From a virus, in UHGV virus genome UHGV-0220852: a stretch of 13,295 nt of DNA. One strand, 5' to 3'. The notes beneath the pieces were generated by a model. It saw nothing but the letters and a program-made list of their open reading frames with translations, had not been told where the DNA came from and ran no database searches. The position numbers were made by a program, and so were the translations under genes. This document shows positions 1 through 9,281 of this stretch, piece by piece. Each line of letters starts with the position of its first letter. Within the stretch, counting starts at the first letter, position 1.

Positions 1-875
1 AGGCTGCCGGGGAGATATTCCCCAGACGAGAGTGACGACGCTGACGATTGTAGAAAATCTCAATGTATTCCCGTATTACTGAGATGGCTTCATCCCGGTT
101 ATTAAAACGATAGTGGCTCAGGCTCTCATTTTTCAGCGTTCCCCAGAAGCTTTCCATCGGAGCGTTGTCGTAACAGTTACCTTTACGCGACATTGATGTT
201 TTCAGACCAAACTGCTCCTGTATGACCCGGTAATCGTATGCGCAGTACTGTGAACCTCGATCAGAGTGGTGGATTAGCCCGGCAGGTGGGCGCTGGCTCC
301 TGAGCGCCATAAACAGGGCTTTACCTGTCAGCTCTTTTGTCATGCGCTCTCCCATGGCGTAGCCGACAATTTCGCACGTATAAACATCTTTGATGCCAGC
401 GAGGTACAACCATCCCTCCTGTGTGGCAACATACGTCAGGTCCGCCACCCAGACCTGATTTGGTGCTGTAGGAGCGAACGTCTGGTTCAGCAGATTTGGC
501 GCAACTGGCAGATTGTGGTTCGAGTTCGTAGTCGCTCTGAACTTGCGTTTCTGCTTACAGCGTAGCCTTAGCTCCTTACGAAGACGTGCCAGTCGGTCAC
601 GACCAACGATGATGCCATTCTCTGCCAGCTCCGTCTGGAGCCGCCGGGTTCCATATGTTTCGCGAGTGCGGATATGTGCCACCTTAATCTCCAGTTTTAG
701 CCGCTCATCACTTTGTTTTCTGTCTGAGGGTTCATGCTGTACCCAGTTGTAATAACCGCTCCTGGATACACCAAATACCTGACACATCGCTTCAATGGGA
801 AATTGTTGTCGCCATTGTTCGATTAACGCGTATTTTTCAGCGACTCCTGTGCAAAATACGCTGTTGCTTTTTTTA
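1..875 (-). CDS. IS3-family transposase OrfB (DDE catalytic subunit), truncated by window edge; normally expressed as OrfAB fusion
   Basis: Minus-strand frame open from ~875 to position 1 with recognisable DDE-transposase sequence (translated by hand); absent from the ORF table because it has no in-window start or stop. Confidence 0.75.
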
Positions 876-1125
876 ATATATCTCGCTCAAGGCGAGCTTC
901 ATTTAACGCCTTACGCAGTTGCAGAATTTCAGATTCCAGTTCAGCCACCGTGCGGGAACCAGGAGTACCGAGCCCTTTTCTGGCGGCGGTAACCCATTGT
1001 CCTAAAGTGCCTTCAGGAAGGGATAATCGGGAAGCGCCTTCACTGATCGAAAGTTGATTTTCAAGAACCGTTCTGACAGCTTCGGCTTTGAACTCTTTAG
1101 AGTAACGTTGGGTTTTTCTGCTCAT
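823..1125 (-). CDS. IS3-family transposase OrfA (DNA-binding subunit)
   Basis: 100-aa ORF MSRKTQRYSKEFKAEAVR...ILKKATAYFAQESLKNTR, recognised from memory as IS3/IS600-type OrfA; its 3' end contains the frameshift motif. Confidence 0.85.
   Translation of the reverse strand: MSRKTQRYSKEFKAEAVRTVLENQLSISEGASRLSLPEGTLGQWVTAARKGLGTPGSRTVAELESEILQLRKALNEARLERDILKKATAYFAQESLKNTR
868..875 (-). promoter_or_regulatory. Programmed -1 ribosomal frameshift slippery site (A AAA AAG) for OrfAB
   Basis: T7 run at 869-875 on the + strand gives AAAAAAAG on the coding strand, just before the orfA stop; classic IS3-family arrangement. Confidence 0.6.
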
Positions 1126-1330
1126 TATTAGCTCCTTCTGATGCCATTCTATTTCAGGAAGGAGTGTCCGTTAAACTCAGGCTACCTCAACTGCCAAGAA
1201 CAGGAAGATCGCCGGAGAGCTGCGGACATCTGTATGTTTTGCCATTCGTACAGGAAATTTTGATTATGCTGCGCAGTTCCCTGACTCTCCTAACCTCAAG
1301 GCTTTTGGGGTAAATAAAAAAGAAATTACG

Positions 1331-2395
1331 GTGAAAGAACTTGAAGAAAAATGGCTGGATCTGAAACGAATGGAAATCTCTGCAAATGCATTCAATCGCT
1401 ATGAATCCATTGCAAGGATGATGGTTCCGAAGATTGGTGGCAACCGACTGGTATCAGCAGTGACCAAAGAGGAATTGCTGTATATCAGGAAAGATTTGCT
1501 GACCGGATACCAAAATCCAACAAAAGGTAAAGCTCCAGTAAAAGGACGAAGCGTTGTCACAGTAAATTATTACATGACAACAATCGCTGGAATGTTTCAG
1601 TTTGCTGCAGATCACGGTTACATAGAAGCAAATCCCTTCGAGGGAATTAAGCCTCTTAAAAGAGCCAGGGCAGAACCAGATCCGCTAACTCGTGACGAAT
1701 TTATTCGCCTGATAGATGCTTGCCGGCATCAGCAGACAAAAAACCTGTGGTCATTGGCTGTGTACACAGGAATGCGTCATGGTGAACTGGTCTCCCTGGC
1801 CTGGGAAGATATCGATCTGAAAGCAGGAACAATTACTATCAGGCGCAATTATACGAAACTCGGTGAGTTCACTCTACCTAAAACTGAAGCAAGTACAAAC
1901 AGGGTTGTGCATCTTATCCAGCCCGCTATCAGTGTCCTGAAAAATCAGGCTGAAATGACAAGACTGGGTAAGCAGCACAACATCAAGGTTCAACTACGTG
2001 AATATGGACGTTCAGTAAATCATGAATGTACTTTCGTATTTAACCCCCAGGTGGTTAGAAAAAGCAAACAGGTAGGTTTTATCTACAAGGTAGATTCCAT
2101 TGGCGACTCATGGGAAACAGCCATTAAACGTGCAGGCATCAGGCATCGAAAGGCATACCAGTCACGACACACTTATGCGTGCTGGTCATTATCTGCCGGA
2201 GCAAATCCAAGCTTCATTGCCAGCCAGATGGGGCATGCAAGTGCCCAGATGGTGTTCAATGTATACGGAGCATGGATGACTGACAGCAATGCAGAACAGA
2301 TCGCAATGCTGAATCAGAAGCTGGCAGATTATGTCCCAATGATGTCCCATGGTCACCAAAGTGACACAAGAGACTTATTAAAATCAGTGAGTTAG
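1331..2395 (+). CDS. int: Phage-type tyrosine integrase (site-specific recombinase); probably N-terminally truncated by the IS insertion
   Basis: 354-aa ORF with catalytic-domain motifs (YTGMRHGEL, ...SRHTYACW..., MGHASAQMVFNVYGAW with the tyrosine nucleophile). GTG start; the same frame is open upstream to 1175, reaching the inferred IS terminus, and no N-terminal arm-binding region is recognisable. Confidence 0.8.
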   Translation: MKELEEKWLDLKRMEISANAFNRYESIARMMVPKIGGNRLVSAVTKEELLYIRKDLLTGYQNPTKGKAPVKGRSVVTVNYYMTTIAGMFQFAADHGYIEANPFEGIKPLKRARAEPDPLTRDEFIRLIDACRHQQTKNLWSLAVYTGMRHGELVSLAWEDIDLKAGTITIRRNYTKLGEFTLPKTEASTNRVVHLIQPAISVLKNQAEMTRLGKQHNIKVQLREYGRSVNHECTFVFNPQVVRKSKQVGFIYKVDSIGDSWETAIKRAGIRHRKAYQSRHTYACWSLSAGANPSFIASQMGHASAQMVFNVYGAWMTDSNAEQIAMLNQKLADYVPMMSHGHQSDTRDLLKSVS

Positions 2396-2421
2396 CTTTT
2401 AATACCCGTCATGTTAACTGC

Positions 2422-2823
2422 GTGGAGGGCAACACCACGCTTTACGCCCTGCCGAAACCCGAGGTTGTCCTGCGCTGGCGTGAACAGACCACAGATGACT
2501 TCCGCTTCTGTTTTAAGTTTCCGGCGACCATTTCGCATCAGGCAGCATTACGACATTGCGATGATTTAGTGACTGAATTTTTGACCCGCATGTCACCGTT
2601 GGCTCCGCGCATTGGGCAATACTGGCTGCAACTGCCTGCCACATTCGGCCCACGGGAGCTGCCTGCGCTTTGGCATTTTCTCGATTCTCTCCCTGGCGAA
2701 TTTAATTATGGTGTGGAAGTCCGCCATCCACAGTTTTTCGCCAAAGGGGAAGAGGAACAAACGCTTAATCGCGGTTTACATCAGCGCGGCGTTAATCGGG
2801 TGATTTTTATTAGACACGTTTAA
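2422..2823 (+). pseudogene. yecE: Internal fragment of a DUF72 (YecE-like) gene, apparently cut at both ends by insertions
   Basis: 133-aa ORF VEGNTTLYALPKPEVVLRWREQTTDDFRFCFKFPATISH...YWLQLPATFGP...VEVRHPQFF fits the DUF72/YecE pattern but covers only about the middle of a ~270-aa protein; it ends abruptly (...NRVIFIRHV*) 50 bp before the serine recombinase gene and starts 27 bp after the integrase stop. Confidence 0.6.
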
Positions 2824-2875
2824 ATACACTACCTAAAGCGATACAATCTAGGTATCAGTTTTGAGGTGGTAAACA
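2805..2875. other. Putative left attachment junction (attL) of the serine-recombinase element plus recombinase promoter/RBS region
   Basis: yecE homology stops here; short inverted repeat ACCTA-N14-TAGGT at ~2832-2855; RBS GAGGTGG before the recombinase ATG. Exact crossover not determinable from one junction. Confidence 0.3.
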
Positions 2876-4399
2876 ATGAAACGTGTCATTTCATACATTC
2901 GTTTCTCATCAGAGAAGCAAGCTAAAGGCGACTCACTCCGCAGACAATCTAAGATGGTCACTGATTGGCTTAAGGCTCATCCTGAGTACTACCTTGACCA
3001 AGATTTATCCTTCCGTGATTTGGGGGTGAGTGGGTTCACTGGTAAGCACTTGAAAGGTGGCTTAGGTGACTTCTTAACCGCTATCGAGAAAGGGCTTGTT
3101 AAAGCTGGTGATACATTATTAATCGAGAGTTTAGACCGTTTGTCACGTCAGGCCGTAGACCGAGCAAGTGAGCTATTACGAAACATTCTTCGCTCTGGTG
3201 TAGATGTAGTCACCCTGTCCGATGGTGAACATTACACAAGTGAGTCTCTTAAAGACCCGTTAGCTCTGATTAAAAGCATTTTGATAATGCAGCGGTCGCA
3301 TGAAGAGAGTTTGAGGAAGTCTGAGCGTATACAAGCTGCATGGGATGCAAAGAAAGAAGCTGCTAAAGCTGGTATCAAGATTTCTAAGCGTTGTCCTGCA
3401 TGGCTTAAGCTTAATGATGACCGTAAGACCTTCTCTGTGATACCTGATAAAGTGGAGACTGTGAAGAGGTGCTTTCAGCTACGGTTAGAGGGTAAGTCTA
3501 TCTGGGAGATTGTCAGAACTCTTAATGCTGAAGGTCACCGGTCGATGAACCAATACAAGCCGGGTAAGTTTGGTCAAACATCTGTTCAAGACCTTTTGAA
3601 GAATCGCTCTGTAATTGGATACTTTACCCCGAAAGGCTGTGAAGAGATTGCAGGTTATTACCCGTCTGTAATTGATGAGACAACATTCTACAAAGTCCAG
3701 CAACTATCACATTCTCGTCACGGTCGAAAACCTGTTTCAGATAAACCATTGAGTGTGAATCTCTTTAAAGGGGTTATCCGTTGTTCTGAATGTGGTCATG
3801 CTTTGATTATCACAGGCTTTAGCGATACAAGAAACGGGATTTATCGTTGTCCTCTTCGTAATGAAAACCGTTGTAGTGCTAAAGGGCTGTCACGTAAGCA
3901 AACCGATGGTACATTGCTTACCCTGCTATCTCGTCTTGACCGATTTGATAGCGATATGACGAATACCATAGACACACTGAAGCTACACCGTGAACACATC
4001 TCAAGCAATATTGAGAAGCTGGTACAGCTATCACTTGAAATTGAAGACCTGAACGCTATTACCAACAAGCTAAAACAACTAAAGAATGAGTTATCACAGG
4101 TTGATGCTGATATCGAGAAGGAGACACAGCGGCTTAAGTCTATCGATACAGGCTCTTTGTCCGATTGTGACTTGAGTACAAAGGCGGGAAGGATTGAAGC
4201 ACAACTGATAATCAAAAGTGCTGTTAAAGAGGTCGTTTTAAATACTGCTAAACGTCGCTGTAAAGTGACTTTTCACAACGGTAAGTCAATCACCTTACCA
4301 ATAACAGAAAACCCCTCAGAGGACGTTACAGAGGCTATACAGTCGCTTTCTGAAGTCACTGAGAGGGGTTTAATAGACGTTGATGTAGTAGAGATTTAG
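2876..4399 (+). CDS. Large serine recombinase (phage/ICE-type integrase)
   Basis: 507-aa ORF: N-terminal resolvase-type catalytic domain (YIRFSSEKQ with serine nucleophile, ...[12 protein letters not shown]...), recombinase domain, Cys-rich zinc ribbon (CSECGH...YRCP...C) and C-terminal coiled coil; strong RBS. Confidence 0.9.
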   Translation: MKRVISYIRFSSEKQAKGDSLRRQSKMVTDWLKAHPEYYLDQDLSFRDLGVSGFTGKHLKGGLGDFLTAIEKGLVKAGDTLLIESLDRLSRQAVDRASELLRNILRSGVDVVTLSDGEHYTSESLKDPLALIKSILIMQRSHEESLRKSERIQAAWDAKKEAAKAGIKISKRCPAWLKLNDDRKTFSVIPDKVETVKRCFQLRLEGKSIWEIVRTLNAEGHRSMNQYKPGKFGQTSVQDLLKNRSVIGYFTPKGCEEIAGYYPSVIDETTFYKVQQLSHSRHGRKPVSDKPLSVNLFKGVIRCSECGHALIITGFSDTRNGIYRCPLRNENRCSAKGLSRKQTDGTLLTLLSRLDRFDSDMTNTIDTLKLHREHISSNIEKLVQLSLEIEDLNAITNKLKQLKNELSQVDADIEKETQRLKSIDTGSLSDCDLSTKAGRIEAQLIIKSAVKEVVLNTAKRRCKVTFHNGKSITLPITENPSEDVTEAIQSLSEVTERGLIDVDVVEI

Positions 4400-5169
4400 T
4401 ATCTTTTGTTAGGATTCACACTAAACTTCTTCAAAGTACTACCTGTACCAGCATTATTAAGCACCTTTGAAGCTTGCTCATTAGCGGCATCTGAGAAGGT
4501 GCTTTTTCCATTCTTAATTTTGACACTTCTACCACAATTGATACGGGCTTGAAGTTGCTCATTAGTGAGTTCACTCGTAGAGCGATTATATAGCTCCTGA
4601 CACATCAACATACCGTTACCTAAACTTGTTGTGGTGTTTCCAGTATTCTTTTTAGAAGTTGCTCCACCATCATTCGTGGTAGCGGTCTTGCCAGTAGCAG
4701 ATGAAATATCAGTTTGCCCTACGATTGAACGAAATTCTACACCTTGGAAGGTCATCTGAATACGAAGACCATTAGCAATGGTATGCTCTTTACTCGCTTT
4801 AAACTGAGTAATGATACTATCAGTGATAGATATTCCATCTTTACAAACAATAGTGATGATTTGCTTCTGGTCTCGCCATTGTTCAACCGTAGAAATAAAG
4901 GTTTCTACAAGTTGCCCCTGTCTGGTTAATAGAACTGAACCCGTCGAATCAACCACTACAACACCGCTAATAGAGATGGTCTTAGGTGCTCTCTGAACAT
5001 TATCAGTTATAGTTTGCCCCGATTGCATAGCCTGAGTTGTCACCATCATCGGTGAGTCATAGTCCATCTGTTCAGTAGCTGTTAAGGCAAGAAAAGATTC
5101 TACATTATCTCTAAGGTGAAAATAGATACCATCTTTACCTGAGTATCTAATTTGCTTTGTGTCAAACAT
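4396..5169 (-). CDS. Hypothetical protein (257 aa); possibly tail-associated (sits immediately downstream of the tape-measure-like gene)
   Basis: Long ORF converging on the recombinase gene with a 4-bp stop overlap; Thr/Ser/Gly-rich mid-section; no motif I can name. Confidence 0.55.
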   Translation of the reverse strand: MFDTKQIRYSGKDGIYFHLRDNVESFLALTATEQMDYDSPMMVTTQAMQSGQTITDNVQRAPKTISISGVVVVDSTGSVLLTRQGQLVETFISTVEQWRDQKQIITIVCKDGISITDSIITQFKASKEHTIANGLRIQMTFQGVEFRSIVGQTDISSATGKTATTNDGGATSKKNTGNTTTSLGNGMLMCQELYNRSTSELTNEQLQARINCGRSVKIKNGKSTFSDAANEQASKVLNNAGTGSTLKKFSVNPNKRY

Positions 5170-5253
5170 TGTTGTTATTCCTATTCTGTTAAGCGTGAGC
5201 TACGTGAAATCTAATTTTTGATGTTGGTATCTGTTCAGAAGAAATCACGTAGC

Positions 5254-5317
5254 ATTCGACTATTCATAGTTGAATCGTCATACTAGATAAAGATTAATAG
5301 ATTGCCATGTGTGGCAA
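5254..5317. promoter_or_regulatory. Two palindromic operator-like sites in the 174-bp gap upstream of the 257-aa gene
   Basis: ATTCGACTAT-tc-ATAGTTGAAT (5254-5275, 10-2-10 with one mismatch) and TTGCCA-tgtg-TGGCAA (5302-5317, perfect 6-4-6). Confidence 0.3.
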
Positions 5318-5342
5318 TAAATATTAGTAGTTCTAACATTGT

Positions 5343-7418
5343 TTATTCCTCTGGGTAAGCTGAGCTAATCAAGGTATCTTCCTGCATACGATTAATATGA
5401 GATGTGGTTCTTTCATCAATAACCTTTCCATCAAGTACCGTCTGAGTTGTGATATTGATTGTCTGAGGCTGAATGTTTACTGACGGCTTGATAACCTTTA
5501 AATCTTGTGTGAATGTTTCCACTCGACCTTTCAGATTATTTAATGCTTCAGGTGAAAACTGTGGAACATCCTTTGATTTGCCCTGAACCATAGCCCATAA
5601 AACAGCAGCTAAAGAGTTCATGTCACCAGTCAATGCTTGGTCTGTGGGTTCCACCTTTGACCTTACAACTTTGTCAATTGGATTATCTGACTTACTCATC
5701 TGACGTTCATAGAACGGTTTAACAATGGAGTTAATCACATCAGTTGCCATACCGACAATCATTACTTTGGTAATTGCATCAGCTACAGATAATTTTCCTT
5801 TACCACCTTCAATACTACCGGAACGTGAATTAATTCTTCCTGCTGCTGTATTTGCTACATTTCCAAGCGTGGAAATAGCCCTAATTAAGCTCCAGATGCC
5901 ACCTACAGCACCAATACCAGACCTTACAGCAACAATACCAGCAAGTCCCTTTAATGCACTTAACAGGCCATTTGCGATACCATCAGCTACAGCTTTTTGA
6001 GTGTCATTTAATTCTCTGTAAGCAAGGGTCACTCTGTCAAAGAATCCCTGCACTCGGTAGCTAATCGTGGTTAAATCATCAATACCGTTTGACATACTTT
6101 TCATCAAGTCGCCAAAATGTTCACCAAGATTTTTTGATTGCCCACCTAGCGAATTAAGTAAATTAGTCAGTGACCTTGTAAAGTCTGTTAAACCTTCCTG
6201 TGAACCGTCGAACATTAAGGCCAGATTATTATTCCATGAATTAGAAAGGCGGCCTAACTGCGTCTGAGTAGAGTTAATAATCTTTTCCCATCCACCAGCT
6301 TTATCAATCATCCTTCCCATTTCAGCGGATACTTTAGGAAGAACATCTTTAGAAAGAACTTTACCGTCTTTCATAGCCTTGTCTAATTCTTCTGTAGTCA
6401 TCCCAAGGCTTCTGGCAAATAACTGGAAAGCACCTGCCATTCTGTCACCTAATTGACCACGTAGCTCTTCAGCCTGAATCTTCCCTTTAGAAGCCATCTG
6501 CTCGAAAGCTTTCAGAATCCCGTTAATTTCATCAGTACTTAAACCCATTAATCTGGATGTGCCAATCACATTAGAAAATAGGGATTCTTTCTGGTCTGTA
6601 TTCATATCACCAGCACCAGCGGAAAACTTAGCAAAACTGCTTAATGTTTCAATCTGGTCTACACCTGTATTATTAGCAAGATTCTTAACGAAGTCTGTAG
6701 CTCGTTTAGCGCCTTCATCGCCTAATACAAATTGTGCCGCTCGTTGTGATGCTTCTTTTTTCAGGCCAATCTCCATAACCTTCTTGTAAGCTTCTAAGGC
6801 TGTCTGAAAACTATAAATGGCTGTACCTGCTTTGATTGCACTTGTAGCTAATACATCCAGACCATTCGAGGCATATTCACTGTGATTATTTTTGCTGGTG
6901 GTCTTATTAAACTTAGAAAGTGTTTCACGTAGATTTTGATTTAATTTTGCTAACTCACGATTAAAAGCTTCGTTTCCAAGTGTCTTGGATTTGCTGCTTA
7001 AGCTGTAATACTGACTCTTAAAATACTTCTCAAGCATAGGATTAAAGTCACGAAGCTTGCTCATATCCACGCTATGTGCTGCTGTGATTGCTCTGTTGCC
7101 GCTAATTCGTGGCTGTCTTGGCTGTCTAAGTGGCTTTAAAGTATCCTCAATTTCCGTTTTAATCTTAAACGCTCTAGTGTTTTTAAGACGCTGCTCAATC
7201 TTGTCAAAGGTCTTATTAAACTTCCTTTCAAGTTGCCCTAAAGAACTTGTCAGATTGCTGTCAAGTTGCTTGGTATCGACCTTAAACGCTCTATTCAAAT
7301 TACGTTCAATTCTTTGTGCTGACTGCAAAGCTGCCTTTTCAACTCTTTGCAAGCCCTTAATAACGTTTTCATTGAAGCCTAGCTCAACGATAAAACTATC
7401 AACTGTGAATTTGCTCAT
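5343..7418 (-). CDS. Tape-measure-like protein (phage tail length tape measure / minor tail family)
   Basis: 691-aa ORF: coiled-coil-like N-terminus, central segment ...GLSTDEINGILKAFEQMASKGKIQAEELRGQLGDRMAGAFQLFARSLGMTTEELDKAMKDGKVLSKDVLPKV... resembling the conserved TMP core, and Gly-rich hydrophobic stretches near the C-terminus. Assignment is by motif memory, not a search. Confidence 0.6.
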   Translation of the reverse strand: MSKFTVDSFIVELGFNENVIKGLQRVEKAALQSAQRIERNLNRAFKVDTKQLDSNLTSSLGQLERKFNKTFDKIEQRLKNTRAFKIKTEIEDTLKPLRQPRQPRISGNRAITAAHSVDMSKLRDFNPMLEKYFKSQYYSLSSKSKTLGNEAFNRELAKLNQNLRETLSKFNKTTSKNNHSEYASNGLDVLATSAIKAGTAIYSFQTALEAYKKVMEIGLKKEASQRAAQFVLGDEGAKRATDFVKNLANNTGVDQIETLSSFAKFSAGAGDMNTDQKESLFSNVIGTSRLMGLSTDEINGILKAFEQMASKGKIQAEELRGQLGDRMAGAFQLFARSLGMTTEELDKAMKDGKVLSKDVLPKVSAEMGRMIDKAGGWEKIINSTQTQLGRLSNSWNNNLALMFDGSQEGLTDFTRSLTNLLNSLGGQSKNLGEHFGDLMKSMSNGIDDLTTISYRVQGFFDRVTLAYRELNDTQKAVADGIANGLLSALKGLAGIVAVRSGIGAVGGIWSLIRAISTLGNVANTAAGRINSRSGSIEGGKGKLSVADAITKVMIVGMATDVINSIVKPFYERQMSKSDNPIDKVVRSKVEPTDQALTGDMNSLAAVLWAMVQGKSKDVPQFSPEALNNLKGRVETFTQDLKVIKPSVNIQPQTINITTQTVLDGKVIDERTTSHINRMQEDTLISSAYPEE

Positions 7419-7520
7419 TGTTCATGTTTCACCTCTTTAAGTGTTCATATACAAAAAAGGGAGAGCTACCGATGTCACTCGATAATCTCTCCCGTTGATT
7501 TTTACCCAACCAATTCTTTT

Positions 7521-7739
7521 TTAATGTCTGACAAGATAATATAATTCCGTTTCACCTATGATTTGGGCATCAGAAGGGATACGGTCGATACACCACTTTG
7601 GAATCTTGCGTGTTTTTGGTTTGTGTGAGGTGATAACTTGACGTTGATTTCCAATTCGTAGCTTTGGTTTGTTGGGTTGTTCTTTCAATCGTTCACTAAT
7701 TGCTTTAATAAGCTCATAGCGTTCTGTTAAATCAATCAT
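7521..7739 (-). CDS. Hypothetical basic protein (72 aa)
   Basis: ORF with AGGTG RBS 4 nt upstream; Lys/Arg-rich; same operon as the TMP-like gene. Confidence 0.5.
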   Translation of the reverse strand: MIDLTERYELIKAISERLKEQPNKPKLRIGNQRQVITSHKPKTRKIPKWCIDRIPSDAQIIGETELYYLVRH

Positions 7740-7762
7740 TCACCACCTCACATTAGTTTCAA

Positions 7763-8179
7763 TTAGAAGTCCAGCAATTCCTCTATTAAGTAGCCTTTTC
7801 CAGCTAAATCCCGATACCGCTTATCTAATTCTGCCTGATAAGAATCGAGATTTTTTAGATAGTCATCTTTAAATTCAGCAAGTAACTCTTCATTAGTTTT
7901 ACTGGTAAAGTCCCTGATGTAACTCCCACCAATCGCTACGCTAATAGTTCTTGTTCCATCATCAAAGTCTATCATTTCAGTAATTTCTGGTGGATTATAA
8001 CTATCTCTTAATCGCTCAATATCCCGATTAACATCCCTAATCAGGAAAGTTAAGTCATCTCGACCATCAAATTTTAAATCTTCCAGAGACTCACCTTCGT
8101 AAATACGTTCACGAAGATATCCGGTAATCTCATCGATAGCATCAAACTTCTTTCTAAGAATATAAAAAATAGGACTCAT
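7763..8179 (-). CDS. Hypothetical acidic protein (138 aa)
   Basis: ORF with GAGGTG RBS that overlaps the stop of the upstream 236-aa gene; Asp/Glu-rich. Confidence 0.55.
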   Translation of the reverse strand: MSPIFYILRKKFDAIDEITGYLRERIYEGESLEDLKFDGRDDLTFLIRDVNRDIERLRDSYNPPEITEMIDFDDGTRTISVAIGGSYIRDFTSKTNEELLAEFKDDYLKNLDSYQAELDKRYRDLAGKGYLIEELLDF

Positions 8180-8187
8180 TCATCACC

Positions 8188-8898
8188 TCAAAGTGCTTTG
8201 CTATATTTCTGAGAAATCTTCGTAAGCTGCTCAATATCAGCCTGCATAGCAACCTTCTTAGCATCTTCATATTCTTTCACAAGCTCTTTCATAGCCTGAA
8301 GCTCTCTTGAGAGATACAACTTAGCACTATCAAGCTGCTTGTTACGTGATGCCAAGATGTTCTGTTTAGCAAGTTCACAGAGTTCTTCATCGCTCTTATT
8401 GGTCATGTAAATAAACTGACCAGCACCTCTTGATGCCTTAACCATCTTCACAATTCGATATCCAGCAGGAAGACTACTAATCACGGCTGCGACGTTTTCT
8501 TGAAAAGTACCAAAACCATCATTATCTTCGTATTGGTAATAGACAAATGGTTTCTGTGACAATTCATCCTGAATCTCAAATTCTGATGGCTCAATAGCTG
8601 ATTGCATCAGGGTAACTTTACTGTAAGCATCATCTAGTTTAATACGCTGTGCTTTTAGCAGTGGGTAATATTCACGCTCAAGATTAAATAGTGCTTCAGT
8701 TTTACCAATATCGGGCATCTCTTGAGACTCAGGCGTCACAAAGATGATTTCCTTTGGTGACATCTTTAACTCTTGCTCAAGTGCAATTCTTTCATCGTGT
8801 TCTTTGCGCTGGATAGTGATAGCTGGATGTTCAGTCTGTGGCGACCAGTCACCGAAACTATCAATCACTTTGTTATTAATGTAAATATCGTTTGTCAT
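8188..8898 (-). CDS. Hypothetical protein (236 aa), first gene after the long leader
   Basis: ORF with AAGGGGA RBS; C-terminal region looks coiled-coil; no recognisable motif. Confidence 0.6.
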   Translation of the reverse strand: MTNDIYINNKVIDSFGDWSPQTEHPAITIQRKEHDERIALEQELKMSPKEIIFVTPESQEMPDIGKTEALFNLEREYYPLLKAQRIKLDDAYSKVTLMQSAIEPSEFEIQDELSQKPFVYYQYEDNDGFGTFQENVAAVISSLPAGYRIVKMVKASRGAGQFIYMTNKSDEELCELAKQNILASRNKQLDSAKLYLSRELQAMKELVKEYEDAKKVAMQADIEQLTKISQKYSKAL

Positions 8899-9008
8899 TG
8901 TTTTCCCCTTCTAAGATATTCAGTTTTTAAAAAGCACACCTGACAGCCTACGAACTTAGAAGAGGCTTAAAAGGCGGTTTGCCAAGTATGCTTTTTAAAA
9001 GCTGAAAA

Positions 9009-9040
9009 AGCCCTAGATAACTAAAACGCTATAAAGGGCT
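9009..9040 (-). terminator. Candidate intrinsic terminator/attenuator hairpin inside the leader
   Basis: AGCCCT (9009-9014) pairs with AGGGCT (9035-9040) around a 20-nt loop; on the minus strand the hairpin is followed by TTTTTCAGCTTTT. The long loop makes it weak. Confidence 0.3.
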
Positions 9041-9228
9041 AAGGTGAAGAAATTAAAAAAAATATCTAAAGGATTCAATAACGAATGATTAAGCACTTTT
9101 CGAGATGACCTCTCAGGTTGTATAAGAGGCCATGTAGCGAAAAGCATTGCACCTTTCAGAATAACTATCCCTAGATGTAGATGGAATTGTTGAAAGAAAT
9201 AAGAGAGAATTACTCTCCCATAATTAAA

Positions 9229-9257
9229 ATTATGTCATGCTTAAGGTTATTTGTCAA
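9229..9257 (-). promoter_or_regulatory. Sigma70-type promoter reading leftward (TTGACA-17-CATAAT)
   Basis: Consensus -35 (9257-9252) and CATAAT -10 (9234-9229) with 17-bp spacer on the minus strand, ~320 nt upstream of the 236-aa gene start. Confidence 0.5.
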
Positions 9258-9281
9258 CAGCTTTTTAACAGATTGGTAACA

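Larger units (their letters stand above)
1..1189 (-). mobile_element. Partial IS3-family insertion sequence (IS600-like); far end lies beyond the window start
   Basis: orfA (823-1125) followed by orfB in the -1 frame running to position 1; orfB translates to ...EKYALIEQWRQQFPIEAMC... near 838-782 and ...IFYNRQRRHSRLGNISPAA at 58-2 (DDE transposase C-terminus typical of IS3 family); slippery A7G at 868-875. Right boundary (~1189, terminus reading TGAGGTAGCC... on the minus strand) is approximate. Confidence 0.8.

Noticed and set aside
513-992. + strand ORFs 513-752 and 795-992
   Set aside because: They lie antisense inside the IS3-family transposase orfAB region, whose minus-strand reading gives recognisable transposase sequence; treated as spurious.
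2612-2803. 63-aa + strand ORF inside the yecE-like fragment
   Set aside because: Alternative frame of the DUF72 fragment; no RBS and no independent support.
3485-4215. Minus-strand ORFs 3485-3703 and 3841-4215
   Set aside because: Antisense to the well-supported large serine recombinase gene.
4744-7440. + strand ORFs 4744-4929, 4811-4996, 5725-6000, 6067-6267, 6559-6789 and 7057-7440
   Set aside because: All lie antisense within the 257-aa and tape-measure-like genes, with low-complexity or odd composition and no RBS.
7740-8179. 138-aa and 72-aa genes as a tail-assembly chaperone G/GT pair with programmed -1 frameshift
   Set aside because: The -1 frame is open over 7743-7799 but hits a TGA at 7740-7742 immediately before the 72-aa ATG, so no fusion product could form.
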